Shown in pieces: positions 57,847-64,000 of a stretch of 64,000 bases of DNA. A program made the position numbers and the translations under genes. Positions within the stretch are counted from its first letter, which is position 1. Each line of letters starts with the position of its first letter. The notes beneath the pieces were generated by a model that was not told the origin of the DNA, did not search any database, and saw nothing but the letters and a program-made list of their open reading frames with translations. Source of the stretch: Dermatophilaceae bacterium. Its GTDB lineage: Bacteria > Actinomycetota > Actinomycetes > Actinomycetales > Dermatophilaceae. The stretch is taken from contig JBAOHJ010000001.1 in NCBI GenBank assembly GCA_037045055.1, positions 60,176 through 124,175 of the forward strand. The letters are read 5' to 3'.

Positions 57847-58200
57847 ATGAGCCTTCAGGACCAGACCACCACGACGCACGGTGTCGTGCTCACCGATGTC
57901 GCCGCCGCCAAGGTCAAGAGCCTGCTGGCCCAGGAGGGTCGTGACGACCTGCGCCTGCGCGTGGGCGTGCAGCCGGGTGGGTGCTCGGGGCTGATCTACC
58001 AGCTGTACTTCGACGAGCGCACCCTCGACGGGGACGCCACCCGCGACTTCGACGGCGTCGAGGTCGTCGTCGACCGGATGAGCGCTCCCTACCTCGAGGG
58101 CGCCACCATCGACTTCGCGGACACCATCGAGAAGCAGGGGTTCACCATCGACAACCCCAACGCGGGCAGCTCGTGCGCGTGCGGGGACAGCTTCAGCTGA
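57847..58200 (+). CDS. HesB/IscA-family iron-sulfur cluster insertion protein (ErpA-like)
   Basis: GGCSGL ... C-terminal CACGDSF cysteine triad. 117 aa. Confidence 0.87.
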   Translation: MSLQDQTTTTHGVVLTDVAAAKVKSLLAQEGRDDLRLRVGVQPGGCSGLIYQLYFDERTLDGDATRDFDGVEVVVDRMSAPYLEGATIDFADTIEKQGFTIDNPNAGSSCACGDSFS

Positions 58201-58346
58201 CCCTCTGTCGCCGCCGCTGGCGCCCGGCCGCAGCAGGCGACCGGCGCGCGGCGACCGCCTCGGCGCAGACCGCGGACGACACCCGGCGGATACCGCGGAC
58301 GAGAACTGCCGGTGATGGCGGCGGTGGGCCTGGGTAGGTTCGACTC

Positions 58347-59333
58347 ATGCGCGTTGCGGTGACCGGTTCGATCGCCACCGACCACCTCATGACTTTCGGT
58401 GGGCGCTTCGCCGACTCGCTCATCGTCGAGCAGTTGGACAAGGTCTCGCTGTCCTTCCTGGCCGACGAGCTGCAGATCCGCCGGGGTGGGGTGGCGGCCA
58501 ACATCAGCTTCGGCATGGCCAACCTCGGGCAGCAGCCCGTCCTCGTCGGAGCGGTCGGCGAGGACTTCGCCGACTATCGCTCCTGGTTGGAGCGGCACGG
58601 CGTCGACTGCGCCTCGGTCCTGGTGAGCGACACCGCGCACACCGCCCGGTTCGTGTGCACCACCGACGAGGACATGGCCCAGATCGCGACCTTCTACGCC
58701 GGGGCCATGGCCCAGGCCCGCGAGATCGAGCTGGCGCCCATCGCCGAGCGGGTGGGCGGGCTGGACCTCGTGCTCGTCGGGCCCAACGACCCGGTGGCCA
58801 TGGCGCGGCATACCGAGGAGTGCCGCACCCGTGGCATCCCGTTCGCCTCCGACCCGTCGCAGCAGCTGGCCTGGCTGGACGGGCCCGGGATCGTCGCGTT
58901 GATCGAGGGGGCGACCTACCTGTTCACCAACGAGTACGAGTCGCACATCATCAAGGAGAAGACCGGCTGGGGCGACGCCGACATCGCCGCGGCGGTGTCG
59001 GTGCAGGTGACCACCAAGGGCAAGGACGGCGCGACCGTCTACGCCCGGGGCGCCGAGCCGGTGCACGTCCCGGTCGCCCAACGGGTGCGCCGCGCCGACC
59101 CCACCGGCGTCGGAGACGCCTTCCGGGCGGGGTTCCTCACCGGGCTGGCCGGCGGCCTGGAGCATCGACTGTGCGCCGAGATCGGGTCGCTGCTGGCCAG
59201 CTACGTCCTGGAGACGGTCGGGACGCAGGAGTACGTCCTGCACACCCGTGGATTCCTGGCCCGGCTGGCCGCCGCTTACGGCGAGTCCAGTGCCGCCGCG
59301 GTCGCCGACCACGTCCGCTGCCCGAGGCCGTGA
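58347..59333 (+). CDS. PfkB-family carbohydrate/adenosine kinase (Rv2202c AdoK-like)
   Basis: GGVAANISFG and DPTGVGDAFRAGF PfkB signatures. It lies near ctaC, as in mycobacteria. Confidence 0.8.
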   Translation: MRVAVTGSIATDHLMTFGGRFADSLIVEQLDKVSLSFLADELQIRRGGVAANISFGMANLGQQPVLVGAVGEDFADYRSWLERHGVDCASVLVSDTAHTARFVCTTDEDMAQIATFYAGAMAQAREIELAPIAERVGGLDLVLVGPNDPVAMARHTEECRTRGIPFASDPSQQLAWLDGPGIVALIEGATYLFTNEYESHIIKEKTGWGDADIAAAVSVQVTTKGKDGATVYARGAEPVHVPVAQRVRRADPTGVGDAFRAGFLTGLAGGLEHRLCAEIGSLLASYVLETVGTQEYVLHTRGFLARLAAAYGESSAAAVADHVRCPRP

Positions 59334-59348
59334 CCGGCGGGGGCGACC

Positions 59349-60026
59349 ATGATCCCGACCCTGCCCGGTCCGCCGGACTACGTGTTCGACCTCGGCGCCG
59401 CCGACCGCGGCGAGGCGCTGGTGGGCATCGGCGGCAACCTGTCCCCGGCCACCCTGCTCGAGGCGTACTGCACCGGGGTGTTCCCGATGGGGGCCGGCCC
59501 CCGGGGCGGTCCACCGCTGGGCTGGTGGTGCCCCGACCCGCGCGGCATCCTGCGCCTGGGCGACCTGCGGGTGTCCCGCTCCCTGCGCCGCTCGATGCGG
59601 CGGTTCGACTTCACCGTGGACGAGGCGTTCGAGGCGGTGCTCGCCGGCTGCGCGGATCCGGCCCGCGAGGGGGCCTGGATCACCCCGGAGATCGGCGCGG
59701 CCTATCTGCAGCTGCACCGCCTCGGGTGGGCGCACTCGGTCGAGGTGTGGTCGGCCGGGGATCTGGTCGGGGGGCTCTACGGCGTGGCGGTGGGGGGCCT
59801 GTTCGCGGGGGAGTCGATGTTCCACCGGGTGACCGACGCGTCCAAGGCGGCCCTGGTGGTGCTCGTGGACCTGCTCGCCGACGACGGTGACCCCCGTCGC
59901 TTCGTCGATGTCCAGTGGCTTACCGCGCATCTGGCCACGCTCGGCGGCTGCGAGGTCAGCCGCCCGGACTACCTCGCTCTGCTGCGTCAGGCCCTCCGGG
60001 CCCCGCTGCCGGCCCCGTGGACCTGA
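59349..60026 (+). CDS. aat: Leucyl/phenylalanyl-tRNA-protein transferase
   Basis: LLEAYCTGVFPM, WWCPDPRGIL, HSVEVW and GGLFAGESMF. Confidence 0.87.
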   Translation: MIPTLPGPPDYVFDLGAADRGEALVGIGGNLSPATLLEAYCTGVFPMGAGPRGGPPLGWWCPDPRGILRLGDLRVSRSLRRSMRRFDFTVDEAFEAVLAGCADPAREGAWITPEIGAAYLQLHRLGWAHSVEVWSAGDLVGGLYGVAVGGLFAGESMFHRVTDASKAALVVLVDLLADDGDPRRFVDVQWLTAHLATLGGCEVSRPDYLALLRQALRAPLPAPWT

Positions 60027-60261
60027 GCCGTACGGTGTAGCAGGCGTGGTCGGGCTCCTCGGTCACGGACACGAGGTGCGCGGCGCGCATCCGGCAGAAC
60101 GCCGGGACGTCCGTGCGGGCCGCCGGGTCGGTGGCCAGCAGCCGGACCTCGGTGCCCACCGGGTGACGCCCCAGGGCCTCGGCGAGTCGGATCACCGGCA
60201 CCGGGCAGCGCAGGCCACGGGCGTCGACCTGTACCTGAGGGTGAGCCTCGGGGTCGGTCAT
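59956..60261 (-). CDS. TusA/SirA-family sulfur-carrier-like protein
   Basis: CPxP motif in DARGLRCPVPVIRL. The ATG at 60259-60261 overlaps the upstream gene stop (ATGA). The unconserved tail overlaps the aat 3' end. Confidence 0.62.
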   Translation of the reverse strand: MTDPEAHPQVQVDARGLRCPVPVIRLAEALGRHPVGTEVRLLATDPAARTDVPAFCRMRAAHLVSVTEEPDHACYTVRLRSTGPAAGPGGPDAAERGSPGG

Positions 60262-61487
60262 CGCGGACGCAGCCGGCCTCGGACGGCGGCCACGGCCTCG
60301 GGCAGGACGGCGCAGAATCGGGCCACCTCGTCGGTCCGCTGGGGGGTGATCGAGCGCAGCGGCAGCGTCAGTCGGACGTTGCCGTGCGTGAGCACCCCCA
60401 TCGCGCGCAGCACGTGGCTGGGCTCGAGCGTGCTCGCCGTGCAGGCCGAGCCGGACGCCACGGCGAAACCGCGCCGGTCCAGCTCCGCCACGATGGCCTC
60501 CCCGTCGACGAACAGGCACGAGAACGTCGACACGTGCGGCAGCCGGTCCTCGGGGTCGCCGACCACCTCGGTGTCCGGGATACCCGCTGCGGCCGCGCGG
60601 ATGGTGCCGATCAGCGCGTGCGCGTCGGCCGCCTCGGCGGCCCGCTCGGTCGCGGTCTGCCGCCAGGCCTCGGCGGCGGCGAGCACGAGGGGGACCACGG
60701 GATCGTCGTCGGTGCGCCCGCCCTCGGCCGGTGACCACCCCCCGGGCCGCCGCCACCGGGTGCGGGCGGGCACGACGAGGACGCCGACCCCCGGCGGGCC
60801 CCCCCACGACCGCGCGTCGCCGGTCAGCACGTCGTAGTCGGTGGGGACCGGGTCGCGTCCGAGCGTGGACGTCGCGTCGACGAGCAGGGGTATGCCGCGC
60901 CCCTGGGTCGCCTCGCGTGCCTGCGCCAAGGGCTGGCGGGTGCCCACCTCGCCGTTGGCGGCCTGCAGCGCGGCGGCGGCCACCCCAGGTCGATCCAGGG
61001 CGGCAGCCCAGGCCGACAGGTCGAGCCGGCCGAGTCGGTCGACCGCCACCGGGGGGAGGTCCGCAGAGGCGGGGTCCACCGTGGCCAGGTCCTGCGGCGA
61101 CCGGCCGGCATACCAGCAATAGCCGGCATCCCGGGCGGTCACCAGGACCGCGGAATGCTCCACGGCGCTGACGACCACGTGCGGCCCCCGCCGGCGCGCG
61201 GCATACCGCAGCCCGGTCAGACCCAGCCTGAGCGCTTGGGCGCCGCTACCGGTGAAGCTCACCTCCTCGGGGCGCACGCCCAGCCCCTCGGCGAGGGTGG
61301 CGCGGGCCTGGTCGAGCATCCGTCGGGCGGCCGCGGCCTCCGCGTAGCCGCGCCCGGGGTCGGCCCAGCCGCGCTCCAGCGCCGCGACCAGCAGCTCGCG
61401 CGCGGCCGGGTGCAGGGGACCGCTGGCCGCGTCGAGCAGCACCCGGCGGGCCGGGTCGCCGGTGGGCTCGGAGGTCGCGGACACCAC
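60258..61487 (-). CDS. Class-V aminotransferase-fold, cysteine-desulfurase-like protein that appears to lack the PLP lysine
   Basis: SAVEHSAV, LLVDATS and the active-site loop ASGSACTASTLEPSHVLRAMG are present. The segment aligning to the IscS/NifS S-x-H-K motif reads GDARSWGGPPGVG, with Ser where Lys is expected. Confidence 0.78.
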   Translation of the reverse strand: MVSATSEPTGDPARRVLLDAASGPLHPAARELLVAALERGWADPGRGYAEAAAARRMLDQARATLAEGLGVRPEEVSFTGSGAQALRLGLTGLRYAARRRGPHVVVSAVEHSAVLVTARDAGYCWYAGRSPQDLATVDPASADLPPVAVDRLGRLDLSAWAAALDRPGVAAAALQAANGEVGTRQPLAQAREATQGRGIPLLVDATSTLGRDPVPTDYDVLTGDARSWGGPPGVGVLVVPARTRWRRPGGWSPAEGGRTDDDPVVPLVLAAAEAWRQTATERAAEAADAHALIGTIRAAAAGIPDTEVVGDPEDRLPHVSTFSCLFVDGEAIVAELDRRGFAVASGSACTASTLEPSHVLRAMGVLTHGNVRLTLPLRSITPQRTDEVARFCAVLPEAVAAVRGRLRPR

Positions 61488-61585
61488 ACCGGAACGTTAT
61501 CCGCCCCCCTGCCGAGATCCGGCGAGTACGGGGCGGTAGGGTTGGCAGCGCACGCGAAGTCACTCTGGACCCGGAAGGTGCCCCG

Positions 61586-62500
61586 TTGCTTACGCACGTC
61601 GACACCGCCGCACGCCGTCGGCTGCGGGGTTTGAGTCTTACCGGGGCGGCCGTCGCCGTCGCCCTGCTCCTGGGTAGTTGCGCCAACGTCAACAGCAGCC
61701 TGGGCAGCGGATACCTGCCCGAGGGTGACAACGGCGGCCAGGTCACCTCGGAGACCGGCCGGGTCATCACCCTGTGGAACGGCGTCTGGATCGCCGGGCT
61801 GGGCGTGGGTGCGCTGGTCTGGGGCCTGACCATCTGGTGCCTCATCGTCTACCGGCGCAAGAAGGACGACCACACCCTGCCGCCGCAGCTGCGCTACAAC
61901 GTGCCGTTGGAGATGCTCTACACCGTGGTGCCCGTGCTCATGGTGGCGGTGATCTTCTACTACACCGCGCGCGACGAGGCGGCGCTGGCCGACACCTCGG
62001 CCAAACCCGACGTGCGGATCAACGTCGTGGCCAAACAGTGGAGCTGGGACTTCAACTACGTCGACGCGAACGTCTACGAGACCGGTGTGCACTCCGAGTT
62101 CAACCCCAACGGCGGGGTCACCGGCACGCCGATGCCGGTGCTCTACCTGCCGGTGAACAAGCGCGTGGAGTTCATCCTCAACTCACGGGACGTGCTGCAC
62201 TCGTTCTGGGTGCCGGCGTTCCTGCAGAAGCTGGACATCGTGCCCGGCAAGACGAACAAGCTGCACATCGTCCCCACCCAGCAGGGTGAGTTCCAGGGCA
62301 AGTGCGCCGAGCTGTGCGGCGCCTACCACTCGCAGATGCTGTTCAAGGTCAAGGTCGTCTCGCAGGCCGAGTTCGACGCGCAGATGAGCAAGCTGCGCGA
62401 GCTGGGTCAGAGCGGGCAGTTGCCCAACGACCTCAACCGTGAGCCCTTGCACGAGGACGACAAGAAGCTGGTGCCGACCCCGACCGGGAGTGCCTCATGA
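61586..62500 (+). CDS. ctaC: Cytochrome c oxidase (aa3) subunit II
   Basis: Lipobox LLLGSC and CuA site HSFWVP ... [15 protein letters not shown] start at 61586, 6 nt after GGAAGG. Confidence 0.9.
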   Translation: MLTHVDTAARRRLRGLSLTGAAVAVALLLGSCANVNSSLGSGYLPEGDNGGQVTSETGRVITLWNGVWIAGLGVGALVWGLTIWCLIVYRRKKDDHTLPPQLRYNVPLEMLYTVVPVLMVAVIFYYTARDEAALADTSAKPDVRINVVAKQWSWDFNYVDANVYETGVHSEFNPNGGVTGTPMPVLYLPVNKRVEFILNSRDVLHSFWVPAFLQKLDIVPGKTNKLHIVPTQQGEFQGKCAELCGAYHSQMLFKVKVVSQAEFDAQMSKLRELGQSGQLPNDLNREPLHEDDKKLVPTPTGSAS

Positions 62501-64000
62501 CCGCCACCCTCGAACGTCCCGCCGGGGCCGGCTCCGCCGGGCGTCCGGTGCGCAACACCCGACCGGGGCGCACCTTCGTCAAGTGGATCACCACGACCGA
62601 CCACAAGGTCATCGGCAACCTCTACTTCATCACCTCGTTCGTCTTCTTCCTCATCGCCGGGCTCATGGCGCTGATCATCCGCGCCGAGCTGACCCACCCC
62701 GGGCTGCAGGTCGTCGACAGTCCCGAGCAGTACAACCAGCTGTTCACCATGCACGGGCTGGTCATGCTGCTGCTGTTCGCGACCCCGCTGTTCGCCGGGT
62801 TCAGCAACGCCGTCGTCCCGCTGCAGATCGGCGCGCCCGACGTCGCCTTCCCGCGGCTGAACATGCTCGCGTGGTGGTTCTACGTCCTCGGTGGCCTGAT
62901 CGCCGCCTGCGGCTTCCTCACCCCCCAGGGCGCGGCGTCGTTCGGCTGGTTCATGTACGTCCCCCTGTCCAACGCGACCTACAGCCCCGGCCTGGGCACC
63001 GACCTCGGCGTCTTCGGCCTGGCCCTGTCGGGCTTCTCGACGATCTTCGGCTCGGTCAACTTCATCACCACGATCATGTGCATGCGCGCGCCGGGCATGA
63101 CGATGTTCCGGATGCCGGTCTTCACCTGGACCGTGCTGGTCACCTCGCTGCTGGCCCTGATCATCTTCCCGGTGCTGGCCGCGGCGCTGTTCGCCCTCGG
63201 GGCCGAGCGCCGGTTCGGGGCGCACATCTTCGACGCCGAGGCCGGCGGGGCGATGCTCTGGCAGCACCTGTTCTGGTTCTTCGGCCACCCGGAGGTCTAC
63301 GTCCTGGCCTTGCCCTTCTTCGGGGTGATCAGCGAGATCATGCCGGTGTTCAGTCGAAAACCGATCTTCGGCTACAAGACCCTGGTGTTCGCCACGGTGG
63401 CCATCGCCGCCCTGTCGGTGGCGGTCTGGGCGCACCACATGTACGTCACCGGTCAGGTGCTGCTGCCGTTCTTCGCGATCATGACCATGCTCATCGCGGT
63501 GCCGACGGGGGTGAAGTTCTTCAACTGGATCGGCACGATGTGGGGCGGGAAGATCAGCACCCAGACCCCGATGGTCTGGGCGCTGGGCTTCCTCACGACG
63601 TTCCTCTTCGGCGGGATCACCGGGGTCATGATGGCCAGCCCGGCGATCGACTTCCACATCTCCGACACCTACTTCATCGTCGCGCACTTCCACTACACGA
63701 TCTTCGGCACCGTGGTGTTCGCGATGTTCGCCGGCTACTACTTCTGGTGGCCCAAGCTCACCGGGCGGATGCTCGACGAACGGCTGGGCAAGATCCACTT
63801 CTGGATGCTCTTCATCGGCTTCCACACCACCTTCCTGGTCCAGCACCTGCTGGGCATCCAGGGCATGGCCCGCCGGTACGCCGACTACCTGCCCGAGGAG
63901 GGCTTCCAGCTGGGCAACGAGATCTCCTCGGCCGGGGCGTTGCTGCTCGGGCTGTCGATGATCCCGTTCCTCTACAACGTCTGGAAGACCTGGCGCACCG
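62497..64000 (+). CDS. ctaD: Cytochrome c oxidase subunit I, 3' end beyond the window
   Basis: Not in the ORF track because the frame stays open to the window end. My own translation from ATG 62497 (ATGA overlap with ctaC) gives MTATLERP...[16 protein letters not shown]...[18 protein letters not shown]...WAHHMYVTG. Confidence 0.92.
   Translation, partial: MTATLERPAGAGSAGRPVRNTRPGRTFVKWITTTDHKVIGNLYFITSFVFFLIAGLMALIIRAELTHPGLQVVDSPEQYNQLFTMHGLVMLLLFATPLFAGFSNAVVPLQIGAPDVAFPRLNMLAWWFYVLGGLIAACGFLTPQGAASFGWFMYVPLSNATYSPGLGTDLGVFGLALSGFSTIFGSVNFITTIMCMRAPGMTMFRMPVFTWTVLVTSLLALIIFPVLAAALFALGAERRFGAHIFDAEAGGAMLWQHLFWFFGHPEVYVLALPFFGVISEIMPVFSRKPIFGYKTLVFATVAIAALSVAVWAHHMYVTGQVLLPFFAIMTMLIAVPTGVKFFNWIGTMWGGKISTQTPMVWALGFLTTFLFGGITGVMMASPAIDFHISDTYFIVAHFHYTIFGTVVFAMFAGYYFWWPKLTGRMLDERLGKIHFWMLFIGFHTTFLVQHLLGIQGMARRYADYLPEEGFQLGNEISSAGALLLGLSMIPFLYNVWKTWRT

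Noticed and set aside
59956-60026. 71-nt convergent overlap between aat and the TusA-like gene as a functional antisense arrangement
   Set aside because: The overlapping part of the TusA-like ORF is a low-complexity Gly/Pro/Ala tail after the conserved domain. It probably just reflects a late stop codon in GC-rich DNA.

Overview
High-GC (roughly 72% by eye) actinobacterial chromosomal segment, densely coding, with about 60 genes on both strands. I found no rRNA, tRNA or CRISPR array. From memory, the backbone is collinear with the M. tuberculosis Rv2200c-Rv2222c neighbourhood: ctaC/ctaD, PfkB adenosine-kinase-like gene, HesB/IscA, glycerate kinase, gcvT, lpd, E2 sucB/dlaT, lipB, lipA, glnA1, glnE and glnA2. 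It also carries pgi, ppgK, map, lgt, nadA, a mannitol PTS EIICBA and RNase P RNA (rnpB). Several cassettes interrupt this backbone:
- a Usp / DosR-like regulator / Usp-like / DosS-like GAF kinase module, followed by an SDR-TetR pair and a decayed integrase next to a duplicated glnA 3' end;
- a 5.4-kb insert encoding an ECF sigma factor, a coupled small protein, a TPR-CHAT caspase-like protease and a cytoplasmic S8 subtilase;
- a hydrolase-MFS pair between lipA and lipB;
- a Gfo/VOC/Ser-Thr-kinase block;
- a cobalamin-riboswitch-controlled ECF-type transporter operon that begins with a secreted, anchored protein.
The most unusual signal is not a gene. The asymmetric octamer CGGCATAC/GTATGCCG occurs about 71 times (hand count) in both orientations and all reading frames. 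It also occurs in spacers and inside rnpB, and it forces rare codons. A composition-only estimate predicts about 2 copies. Many long alternative-frame ORFs in the supplied track are GC-driven artefacts and were not called.
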